A stretch of 64,000 nucleotides of DNA from Klebsormidium nitens (lineage: Eukaryota > Plantae > Klebsormidiophyceae), in the NCBI GenBank assembly GCA_000708835.1, contig DF237062.1:1-64000 (forward strand), written 5' to 3'. The notes under the pieces are model-generated. The model worked only from the letters and a program-made list of their open reading frames with translations. It had not been told where the DNA came from and made no database searches. This document shows, piece after piece, positions 1 to 11,500 of the stretch. The stretch's first letter is position 1, and the number at the start of each line of letters is the position of its first letter. The position numbers and the translations under genes are program-made.

Positions 1-3000
1 CACTGGGCTATTAAAAAAGAGCGCGTACGTTTACGGAACCTTCCAAATCTATATAATAAAAGTCTTCGGCAGTGTACAGCCGTAAATCCTGGAACCGATA
101 TCGACGACCGTCATTCCTTACACGTGGCAGATTCCTATGTTCTTGCCCTGAGATCGCAACAGCACGAGAGCAGTTTCAACGTTCGACGCGGTTCGGTACG
201 CTTAGTCGATATTCTGCGCTGGTCATCCAGAGTCAGCTCCGAAGATATCTACACTTCCGTTTTTCTTCGATCCGTCGCTTTCAAACCCCAGGATGCGGCA
301 GTTTCTGTCGCCACGAACCGCACCTGAGAACCGAACGTGCTAAATTTGGCAGCGACATTGAGGGTGACTTTTACCGTATAGAGGACGCTGCGAGAGCCAC
401 ATGGGTTCCTTCAACCACAACGCCCTCTTTAATCCTCTCGAATGAAGGTTCGACGATATTTTAGAGGACTCTTTACCCGGTGTAAGTCACCGCCCTCTCT
501 TTTACCCCAGCAATCTTTGGGGCTGCCGCCCCCCCGAGCCCCCCGGCTTCTTCCTCTTGCGGTCTTGCCGTCGTTGCAACAAAGTGGACGATAATTCTTA
601 TGTGAGCGGTCACAAATTCCCGTACCGCCAAGGCAATTCAGCTAAAAATAAATATTTTGGGGTCGGTGTGAAAAGTTGGAAACTAAATTGGAACCTGAGA
701 CTCGAGAACGTGATCGAAATGGCGAGATGAAGAAAATATACAAAAATAGCTTTCTCCTGCTGAAATGCCTGGTGAAAAGAAACAAAAACTTGCTTTGTGC
801 GAAATGAAGAATAATTATCCAAATCTCGGTTGAATCATAAGTGATTATCCACACAAAAAGGTGGTAAATGGCCTTGGCGGGACGGTCCACAATGCACATT
901 GCACAATGCTCATTGCTGATCAAGTGCAATGATCTTGACATTGACAATGTTGACATTGTTGTCACAAAGCTGTCGCCGCAGTGTCGGAGCTAATTCCGAG
1001 CTACCTACTACCACTGCCAGGTAGTCAGCTGAATCTGAAGAGAGAGAGCGGCATCCGGCCTGGGCGTTCAGGCAAAGTGCAGCGATGGCTTCATGGGGGC
1101 TTCCTTTGCTGATGATGGTTCTTCTGGCGACAGCTGGTGTAGATGCCAGGTGAGGGTCCTGGTGCTTGTCACATTGTGGTCAATCTGTCTTTGAACCCAG
1201 CATCTAACTTCGAGAAACATGGAAAGAAGTTTGCCCTTTATTCCAGTGTTGCTGCAGCTTTTCAGGCCTTTAGATCTAGGCTGGTAAGTTTGCAGTCGGA
1301 CATAATGCTGGAAGACCGCAGACTGCACACTGCACAAGTGATGCCAAGCCAGGGTGAATATCGCTGGCTTTACATCAGCGTGTTTGGAATACTGAAAATG
1401 GGCAAATATTACCAGCGCCCCAAAGGGGCCCCGAGTACAGCATTTTGGAATGCTGGCTCAAAACCTTGTCAGTTGCACCTGTTTTCGCAAAGACATTCTG
1501 TGCTGAGAGCTTTCCTGTTTGTGGAGAATGTGGAGAATATGGACAACTACTACTGAATCATGTGAACGACAGGGCTGCCCACAAAGCTGCAGCTGCTTCG
1601 TGATATTCAGGGCTATTCTCTAGACAGTCTTAGTTATCAACTGTACAGCTTAGTGCTGTAGAGCTCATACAATCTGTGGTCTGATTGGGCCAAGGTGGGG
1701 CAGAATGCTGGATATTTTAAAACTTCGGAAGCAAGTCTTTTTCTGTGTGACAGGGGCTATCTTTCAACAAATTCCTCTAAAGTAGAGATGATTGTAAGCT
1801 GGACTTGTAGCCACTCTCTGCCATTATAGCGGTGCCGTTCTAGTGCTGTGGGAACAGGTTTGATCTAACATGAAAGGAGGGCTTTTGGTTTCTCTTCCGC
1901 AAGCCTCAAGTTTTTTTAGTGTTTGCAATCCTCCTCCTCAAAATCCTCAAACTTCCCTTTCCTCCCCCATCTTCAACTCTAAAGGTTGTACCTTTCCAGC
2001 TCGCACTATGACTTCTTGACTCTGCCTTCTGCCTTTAGCCTTCAAAAACAAGTACACTTCCATATACATTCTTTGGCACCTCATGTCCAGTCAAGTCCTT
2101 CTATATGGTGTTCCATGGGCTGATCTGACTGCTAGAGCCCCACTGAAGCTGGATTGTAAGAAGCTCCGACTCTGTTACGACCGCCCTGATTCTAGACTGA
2201 CAAACTGAGCGCGCTCCCCCTGATCCATCACTTTTTTCCATGAAGCAGGACCCTGACTGAACGGCGCCTGCTGGCACAGACCGGGGCCATTGCGGTGTTC
2301 ATCGATGAGATCCACTAAGAAACCAGGTCCTTGACTTTGGTGAGGCTTGCATGGAAATTCTTTGGTGTAATCAGGATTGAGCTAAGGTCCGTCCTGAACT
2401 TCTTATAGAACGACCTTTGCTTTTCCTCGTTGAAGCAAGTCCTGCCAGAGCCCTACAAGTTGTGGCAAACTGATCATTTCTCGGCCTGGGCTCAGAAGGA
2501 CAGCTCGATGTGTCGGGGTTCGCAAGCTTGGCAGCTCTTATGGGAGAATCTGATAGGAGAATAGGGGGTTTTGGTCCTTTGACAACATAATCATGAAGCG
2601 CAGCCCTGAAGCATCTGTACAGGTCACTCATTGTGTCAAAATATCGACGGCCAATTGACTTGGGAACAGCAATCAGAATCCCTTTGGGAGTGGAGTGCTG
2701 TCAAGCGGCAATAATTATATGCTCCCCTACCTCTTTGCTGAGATAAACCTTGAGACAAGTATAGACAGGGACAGTGCGAGGTGAAACTGGCAGAGGGCTG
2801 GTGAGCTCCAAAACAGTGCAGAAGATGTTTCCATGATCACTTAGATCTTCAAACAGACCAATAGCTGCTTCATACCCTCTACTGTCAGGAGCATCTTCTG
2901 ACCTTGATCCATGCACCAACAGACTGTCAGCCTATCTCAAAAGCTATCCCTTTTCTCCCTTGCTCAGGCGAGGCAGTTGAGATCTTCGGGCCTGTAGGGC

Positions 3001-5559
3001 TGGACATTGGCGGGTACGCTCTGACGCGCTACACTGGCGGGGGCCAGGCATGCAACACCCGTGACTGCATGTTGGCGGGGTTTGAGTTCACCTTCCCTCC
3101 TGGCACCATTCTCACTGATCCAGCCAACACCGGGGTAAGGCTGCAGAGACACCGTGTCTTTTTCAACCTGCGGGAAGTGCAATCTGCATGCACTACAGCC
3201 AGCTTTAGCCCTGTGGTCTGTTGGTAGAGTGTGTCTGCCCCCTTCCATTCTAGATTGGGCATACTTGCACCTGTGGCATTTATGGCGAGTTACTTCTAGC
3301 GATTGACGTCGCAGCCCGCAATATTGAAGGACATTGTTTTAATAACCAGAATATAACGACTTCGCAGGTCTGCGAAAACCAAGGTCTTCTGTGGTTGACT
3401 TGCACTGTCACGCGGAGATTGAGGATGATCCTTCTTGGCTTTGGGTATTCGTGCTCTCTGAGACAAGCAAGCTGCCCCCCACCTAGCTGCGCTCGAGCTT
3501 GTTCACTCAAGGGGATCTTTTCCAGGATGTATCTCACGGTTTAGACGCTGCATGTTTTGCAATATCATGATCTGCCCCAAGCTTCCTGAGTTCACTCTAT
3601 TGGTCCCTTGGAAGGAACGACTTGTCCTTGTGAGAGGCAAACGCCGTGCAACGGCTTTACCCAGCAGGCCAGTCTTGTCAGCGGTGCTGCAACATAAGTT
3701 AACTGCGCCGGGCAGTGCCGCTGCGCACCCTGCTCTTAATCGTCACGCAGCACTTCTGTTCTGCCTCATCTCCCAGATTTGCACTGTGGGGCCTCGAGTC
3801 TGTGCTTTTATTCCATGTTTTCGATTTACAAAGCAAATGCTCGCGTACTCATACGTTCCCATATTTATCATTTGCAGTCTGGCGCTGGCACCGTGGTGGT
3901 TGTCTTTTCCACCAACGGCCTGCCCGTCAACGGAGCCCAGATTGCTCTTTCGGATGCTTCTCGAAAGGTCCTGGATTACCTGGCGTATGCCACAGCGGGC
4001 AACGTACCGCGCACCACTCCCGCCTCCGTGGGAGCCGCCATGGGGCTTACCCCGTGAGTCTCAAAACTGCACTCCAGGGGCAAACTCGCCTAAGAAAGAG
4101 AATCATTCAACTGAAGAACTGGTGCACTATGCTACATATCCAAAGCTGTCGCCGCTACCGGTTCTGCCTCTCGAAATCATTGGCAGAGCTGGGTGAAAAC
4201 GAATGACTTTGGGCAGCTGTTTCCTTCAATTTCTGTTTTCTTTCAAGGGTCTGCTTGTCCTTTAGGGTGAGTCTATCAGCACTCTCGTCCTCTTTCTCTT
4301 CCTCCTTGTCGTCTCGAGAGCATTTCAGAGGCTGCCTGAGAGAATCTACTGTGGTCAGCTCGTTTAAGTCCCCAGCTCGTTTCACTCACCATCAGCCTGA
4401 CTTGTTTGGGGTGACGTCAGCTAGAAGTCTGCCTCGCTGCGAATGGTGACATCAGCCTTACCAAGGCTCGGGACACGACCATAGGAAACATCGAAGCGCT
4501 GCACGTCCTTAATTCTCCACAAGACCGACAAAACTCGACGCTCTCCTCTATACACAAAAGAGTGTCTGAAGCAGGTTGGGCTCTGTTTGCCGCACTGATT
4601 TCGTATCCCTCTGCAGTGACGTCATCACCACCCAGGAGCGTGGCGTCGAGCCCGTGGGCATGTCGGTGCAGCGCACGGGCCGCACCACGTGGAGCACCAC
4701 CATTGGCCCCAACACGTTCGGCGCGACGTACCAGAACTACTTCACCACCGGGAACGCAAACGGAGTGCCCGTTTGTCGTCTTCTCAACGACACTGGAAAG
4801 ATCGTCTACGACGCCGGGGGGGGGTCCGGCTGCCGCGAAGGAACGCAGACCGGCGCCTATGTGTCGCCAGTCATGCAGCCCCCCCTGTTCGCGGACGGGC
4901 CGAGAGTCATCGGCGCTGGAGCCCTGCCGGACGTAACCACTACGGCCGCTCTCATATCAGCATATAGTGAGTGAAATAAGACCCCTGGCTTCTGCAGGAC
5001 CGGTCTGAATTCAAAAGGTTTTATCGTCGAAAACCGGAGAGGTCAGCACCAGACGTGTGCCAACCTTCGAAGGACTTGGATTCTGCTCACGGTTATCTTC
5101 CGTCCAGTCGGTTCAATTGCACAAAGCCCTGAGAAAACAGCATTGAGTACTACCACTCAGGATAAGTCATTGGCCTGCAGTGTTGCATACGTATTAGAAT
5201 TGACCCCGCCAGCTTGTTGGTGCATGGACTGTGAGTCAAAGCTCTTGTTGCAGATTGAACAATCTTAACTCCTACCCCTGCAAATGATATTAGTCAACAT
5301 TTCGTGCCGGATTAAATTTGAGTTATTACAGCAGGTTCTTGTATATGAACCTCTGAGTGCGCTTGCTTAAATCGAAGCTTACTTACGTAACCCAAGTGAC
5401 AAGAAAGCGGTTGGTCCTTCTTCGTGCAGTTGCCACAGGCGAGCATGATCCACATTTCTCGCTCGTTGGCATCTCCAATCAGGATTTCAAATTCGACTTC
5501 CATGGACAGGACCGGCATTCTTATTGCATGATTACCAGCCCGGCCATCCAGGTGAGCTT

Positions 5560-6140
5560 GGAGCCATCGTTTTCTAGAATAGGTTTAGTAAGCGCAACTC
5601 TGAGCACGGGGATGGGTAGGGTTAGTATGGTGGTTAGGGTGGGTACGGGTGCGGAGCGGGTGATTATTTAGGTTTAGGTTCTTAGTGTTAGCTTCGTTCT
5701 TGTTAAACTTGAGCTTACTAAACCTATTCTAAAGAGTATCTTGGAGCCGAGTCAGTACTCGAGTCTCTGCTCCCTTCAAGTCGTTGCTCTCTAGCTGCCT
5801 CATGCTGGTGCAGCTTGTGCCATTGGATCTACCAGAGTGCGGATTTCGTAGTGAGTTGTCTCGCCGGTCTTCAAGTTCTCCTCCTGCGGGTACCTCCACT
5901 AAGGCTCAGTAGGTTTTCGAAAAGAGCTTGGTTGTCAGCTGGACAGGGCTTGCTTTTAGTGATGCGTCTGTGACCCTTTTCAGCAAGTGCATGATTGCAA
6001 CCGCAGTTGGTAGCCCTTGTGCGAGCTGGTAGCCTTGGTGTGAGCTGTAAAGATCTTAGGAGGACTGATCGGATCGAGGGTTAGCAAATGTACCCTCTCG
6101 GTACTACGGATTGGTGAATCTCAAAATCGGGTGGATTGTA
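5560..6140 (-). mobile_element. Degenerate transposon-like relic in an intron (Pro-rich tract and possible zinc-knuckle remnant)
   Basis: Visibly TAG/CTA/TAA-rich. The minus strand reads PKPK*SPAPHPYPP*PPY*PYPSP (stops where Gln codons would fit) and NCGCNHALAEKGHRRITKSKPCP, which is C..C..GH..CP-like. No termini were found. Confidence 0.35.
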
Positions 6141-6700
6141 GGTGAATGTGAGGATGTTCGGTCTACCGCCAACCTCCCGTGTACTCTAACAGCGTTCAGA
6201 CGATGCAAACTCCTTTTTCAATGGTACATGGATGTCGGGTTTTGGGATTGTGTATGCCAACGGGGCGGGGCACAAGCAAAGCATCACTGTTGAGCTTGAC
6301 CAAGGCGAGGGGTTCAACGGGCAGCAGTCGCTGAGCACAACCTTCACAGACGGTGCCATCATCGTGAGCCTAACATGCCTCATACAACTTTCAGCTCAGG
6401 AAGACATTGCTTGTTGGATCCGCTAGAAGAGACCACACGCTCCGAGAATATTACATCAAGAGTTCTGCCGCGCTTCCCTGCAAACCCTTGCCGTGTACCC
6501 ACAGCCTGCTAGTAACTAATCCTTGTTGTCTTGTCCACAAAGCCTGCTAGTGACTAATGTCTTTCCACTTCCTTTCCTAGAACCTGGATGAAGAAAAGCC
6601 ATGGACTTCCCCAGATGGCCTCGCCATCCTCGAAAGGTCGGCACAGGGAGGGCTCGGAAGCTCTCTAAGCATCACAGTTGGTGACCTGCTCGTCATGGTG

Positions 6701-7024
6701 GTGACCATTGACACAGAGACGGAACTTATTGTGGATCCACCGGTGTACTTTCTCAACTTCGAACTGAGGAAGATCTCCATCTCGGAGGATATACACGGGG
6801 TACTGATCTCGAACTTTCCTTCTCAAAAATTCTGTTATGGTTGCCCTTTGGTTGTCTCTCATGGTGACCATTGACACAGAGACGGAACTGATTGTGGATC
6901 CACCGGTGTACTTTCTCAACTTCGAGCTGAGGAAAATCTCCACCTCGGAGGATGTACACGGGGTAATCATCTCGATCTTTCCTTCTCAGATCTTTGTTAT
7001 GATTGCCCTTTCGTTGTCTCTCAT
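6701..7024 (+). repeat. 163-bp tandem duplication of the 3' half of an exon plus its donor site
   Basis: GTGACCATTGACACAGAGACGGAAC occurs at 6701 and 6864. Donors are at 6800 (GTACTG) and 6963 (GTAATC). Both copies end in TTGTCTCTCATGG. Confidence 0.95.
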
Positions 7025-8561
7025 GGCCCAAGCTTGCTAGCTGCTTCCGACTAGCTCGTAAGACTCTTTGATGGTTCGTTGGTTGGCGCTCGTCCCTTTC
7101 TTCACCGTGCAGTGCACTTGTCACGGAAGTCGTTGTCTTAAAAGGATTTCAACGCTAGACCGTGACCTGGTGAAGCATTCCGAAATCTTTTGCTTGCAGT
7201 TTCTCGGCCAGATGTGGGCTCCGGGTGCGATCGAGGAGCGCTTGGCTATGGGCACCTTAGAAGGTTTTAATCATCGCGAGTATGTTGAAGGCGCCGATGA
7301 GGACTATGATACAACGAGCCTCACAGCGACAGATTGCAACTTCAACCGTTTTAGGTGGAAGGAACGCTTGGTTGTTTGAAAGCACTTTCATTGCTCAAAT
7401 TATGGCCCGTTAGTGAAATCTGACGGCGGAGGAATCTCCACCACTCAGAATCCTCCTATTGACTTTGATACTCCGGTTGTTGTAAGTGAATTTTTTGTCG
7501 ACGAAACTCAGAGCTTAAAAGGGGGGTAAGATCATAGATACGATTCCCTTAAAGATCCTCTTAAGTTATGGAGTACGGGGCAAGGGTAAACGGCAGGCTG
7601 ATGTACCTTTACCAATAAACTGCAAGAGCTCAGTCTGCGCACTTCTCCGGTCAACATCGGTTCCGAGATCACCACCCGCTATAGCTAGTGCGAAGTATGG
7701 CGCCGACGATCTGCTGGTCTGTTGCTACGAAAGTGTAGTATCTCACTCAGGTGGTTCGCTAAATGTTTAACGACGTTGATAGGCTGTCGCCAAGCTAGGT
7801 TGGACAGGTTAGGAGAGATCTCCTTCGACATGTTTGAGGACAACGAGGAGAAAGACTCAATCTACAGGATAAGTACGCACTATAGGAAAGTTCTTGCATC
7901 TAAGCTTTTTAGTTAGGGCAACCTTAGTGCAGACACTAGAGTAGCTATGTTCGTCGACTTAGCCGACCACGGCTCCGAAGCGACGTAGAATTTAATCAAA
8001 TCAAAATCAAAACTAGGGCAGCACGCATGAGTCAGATTCGGTAGGGTAGCTAGACGCTCAAGACTTAAACATCATGACCTCATGTGGATGCCATGGAAGT
8101 GCATATGGTCCATGTGACTACGGCGACGGTCCTAAAAAGAGAACTCATCAAAATCTACTGTACTATACGCCATGCGTGTATTCGCTTGTCCTCGCTTTCA
8201 CTAGTTTCTCCAACCTTAGCTTCTCTCGATCAATGCATAGTATCATTCAAGCGCTCGGCTAAAACTTGATGCGATGGTTTCGTAAGCCTGGTAAGTAGCA
8301 AATGAGGCATCGTGGACCCCTTGCAAGTATATGTTGCAACGTCACGTCCTTCCACGCTTGAAGGCACTCCAAGAACCTGCTTCTGAAACAGTATCAGTGG
8401 GTCGGCATGTCATCCTTCGGAGACATTCTGCATTTGCAGAGAGGGACTGAGAAGTAAACCGAGCCAAGCGTGTTTTCATATCGGTGGCTCAGACCCGAAG
8501 TCGTCCAATGCAACCTTATCCAGATTTTGCAGTTTCACACCCGACCAAGTACGTTGTCACC

Positions 8562-11500
8562 CTAACCGATGTCCCAATGCCACCGGCTGCCCCATCGCGC
8601 TTTTCTCGCGTTGCTGTACCGTTCTTTAGAACCCAATTCGCCCCCTAGCCCTTTTGACACTGTCCACCGCTCTAAGTTCCCGGTCCGTTCCTCCCCCGGG
8701 CAGCACAGATCTAGGATCACGTGCCCGTGCCGCTGCCTCGGGGGACTGATCAACCGGGCCCACTGCCGGGGAAAGTGTCTAGCGGGCGGGCGGCTACCTT
8801 TTCCGTTTTCAACCCCGTCGGTTTCGCGACCTTCGGTGGTTTCATTGTCGATGGCCCCAATTTCCGAAGACGACTCCGCGTCGGCAACCACCGAGGGCTC
8901 AGCTTCCGGCAATCCGTTCATGGCGATATCCGCCCGCTTCAAATGGACGGACCCAACGAACTTTCTCTGCGTATCGTCCGTGTCTATCTGAGCAGCCGAG
9001 CTTTCGGCCGGCTGACCGACCGCTTGACGTTCTTCTCCGTCAGGCGGCCGCCCTCCAAGCTCACGACTTCCCCTGCCCTCGTTTTTCGAAGCAGCTCCAG
9101 CATCGAGCGTCGCCCAAGCTTCTGGCGGAGATAGAAGAGGGAAGATAACCGTTAAGTTGGAGGGCCGGATAAAACAAATTGGATCGGCCACCATTGTATT
9201 TATCAACGGAAGTCTCGCATAACGCCAGATTGCTTACCAGGAGTGGCTCCGGAAGTTTCGAAGACTCCGAAGATATGCAAAAGCGACGTGACTCAAAACC
9301 ATACATTGGGCAAGCTTTATCAGCATGCGACCGGACGAACCTTCAAACAGCAAACCGACTACGAAACGCGAGGCGCACGTATGCAAGAGGCTGGCAAAAA
9401 AGTAGAGCGGGCGACGTAGCGTTTGCCTCACCAGCAGATGGCCGAGACGCGCCTTCCCCAACGTTCATGTGTGCCGAGCTGCAGAGAAACAAGTGCAGTG
9501 TGAGCAATCTTTGCCAACCAACCCTGGAGCGCTGCGAGTGTTCAACGACGTTAGCTCAATCACAGGATCAAATCGTTCCTCCTAAGGAACAAGTGCCCTT
9601 GCCGAACACCGCCATCAACAACTTATATTCTCAAAGTCTGGACGTGCAGGAGTAATCGCAATTTTAAGGTCAGGCCATTCACGGCAGTATCAGCCGAGTC
9701 CAGAATATCCTACAAGTGTTTCAGCGTCAAGGATGCTGACGTCACTCACCTGCCACGTGGGCCCCTCTGGATGACGACATACGAGAACTTCTCGTCCTCA
9801 TGCGCGCGGAGAGCGGCATCAGCGCGCTGTAGGGAACAGATTGGTGCGCGTCAAAACAACCGTAAGCGGAGCCGACTCTTCATGAAATTGACCCCTGGCG
9901 CCAAGTGAGGAGCCCAGTCGGTCAACGAACCTCGCGCAACGAATCCCGACGCGACTGAAAACAAGGATGGCAGATTGCCCGGAGACGAGCGGGCAATGTT
10001 TGACAATTGTCACCTTGTTATCAACTCCTTTAAAGAGTGCCACCTTGTTTTGTGCTCCTTCGAGTTCCTTTTGGCAATGCAAAACCACTCGAGACTCACG
10101 TAAGAAAGAGGAGAGACTTCAAAAGAAAGCCACCTCCGCAATGGGCCCTTTCGCCTTCGCCTTCACTTTGAGACACGCAGACGAAAACACAAACGAAGCG
10201 ACTATTTCATGCTGCAAAGAAAGAAATACGAGAGCAGCCACCTTTGCGACGCGCTGGAGGCCGGTCCGCTGCAGTCGCTGCGCGAAGTGGCACCACTGCT
10301 TGGTCCCGGACATCGGACAGGCGCCGTCGTGCGGACACTGCACGGACCAACACCAGGTTACTCCGAGCTGAGGACATGTATCGATTCTTCTCTAATCTAG
10401 TTGAATAATCATCACCAGTTAGCTCACGTTCTAATGAGCTAGCCTGCTTGGTACGGGAGGTGGTAGTAAGGAGGGTTTGGGGTAGGCACCGGGGCGGAGC
10501 AGGTAAAGGTTGGGGTTAGAGTTTATTGTTTCCCCTTGATCCTCATCATAAGATGAGGGGTGGAAGAGTTATTCCAGGGAAATACCTGGTATTATGGCTC
10601 CCTAAGAAACCCAAATTTATCATGGCTTCCTTACAGATCAGAGTCTCAAGCGTGGGTGAGATAGTTTGATGTGGAGTCACGTTTCCTAGCCCTAAAGAAG
10701 TCCCTACACCCAACTAAGATTGGAACTCACTGATACAAACCGCGAAAACCGATCAACCGTCTCATCTCCCAGGCCTTGAACTCCTTTTGCACGCCATTTG
10801 CTCTCCATTTGCTCCTTCTTATTGCCTTGAAAAGAATAAGGGCGGAAAAAGGCAGCGAATGGAACGATGTGGACCGGAATTAGAAGAGACAAAAGGCGAT
10901 GCCAGAAGAGTGTAATAACACGTGTACAAGAGCATAGCAATTGGGCTTGTGACGGGGCTTCACCGGTGCGACGACGTGAGCTCCCACGTCCTTCTCGCTG
11001 CTACGCTGACGTGAGACGCGCTGCACCAGGGAGAGGCAACGGAGAAAGGATGACGTCAGGATCATATGCCGCTACTTTTGGTGCATCATATGTACGGACA
11101 GAGGACGGTTCACCGGACCGTGCTCTCAAGCAGGAACCCGAACGCTTTGTGGCTTTAAGCGATCCAGTGCGTGAAGTCGTTATTCAAACCGCCGAAACGC
11201 GATGCCTACCACCTACCTTTCTAGAGTCAGCGGGTCTGCCTACGGACAGTTTATAAAGACTAGCCGCTATCCAACGATGGAAACCCGAACGGCTTCCACA
11301 TATCGAGAAACACACCTTCTTCCTGTGAGCTGGCACCCACCTTGTCCTCGCGGATTATCAGCGCCTCCCGCGCTTCCAAGACGATCTCAAAACCGCGGGG
11401 CGTGCCTGCTTCCACAATCACCTGACACAAAGGGCCAGGTCGGGTGAGGAGGGAGTAGAGCAAGTACGACAAACCAGAGATAGCATTCGGGTGCCCATCA

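Larger units (their letters stand above)
1219..7379 (+). pseudogene. Spliced chimeric gene: bacterial-type lamin-tail-like (LTD) domain plus plant root-cap/LEA-related (DPHF-type) domain; disabled
   Basis: Phase-consistent exons: 1219-1283 (tentative), 2249-2339, 2968-3134, 3878-4053, 4617-4966, 5430-5551, 6142-6363, 6581-6799, 7200-7379. LTD-like part: RRLLAQTGAIAVFIDEIH[Y]RNQVLDF/GEAVEIFGPVGLDIGGYALTRYTG.../IALSDASRKVLDYLAY/EPVGMSVQRTG..NTFG. Root-cap-like part: HDPHFSLVGISNQDFKFDFHGQDRHSYCMIT/VNVRMFG..TWMSGFGIV/FLNFELRKISISEDIHG/FLGQ..YDTTSLTATDCNFNRF. Lesions: apparent 1-nt deletion near 2318 (CAC TA[C]) and in-frame TAA at 6188-6190. Confidence 0.75.

Noticed and set aside
4998-5041. AG/GT-bounded mini-exon candidate in the chimeric gene
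   Set aside because: Exon 4617-4966 splices in phase directly to 5430, and including this segment gave no consistent frame.
5580-5700. TTAGGG/TTTAGG-like motifs suggesting interstitial telomeric repeats
   Set aside because: There is no regular array. The motifs are better explained as the antisense of a Pro-rich coding relic with C>T changes.
7560-8000. Partly open plus-strand frame (..FDMFEDNEEKDSIYRISTHYRKVLASKLFS..)
   Set aside because: It has several stops and no recognisable family. It is counted only as eroded DNA.
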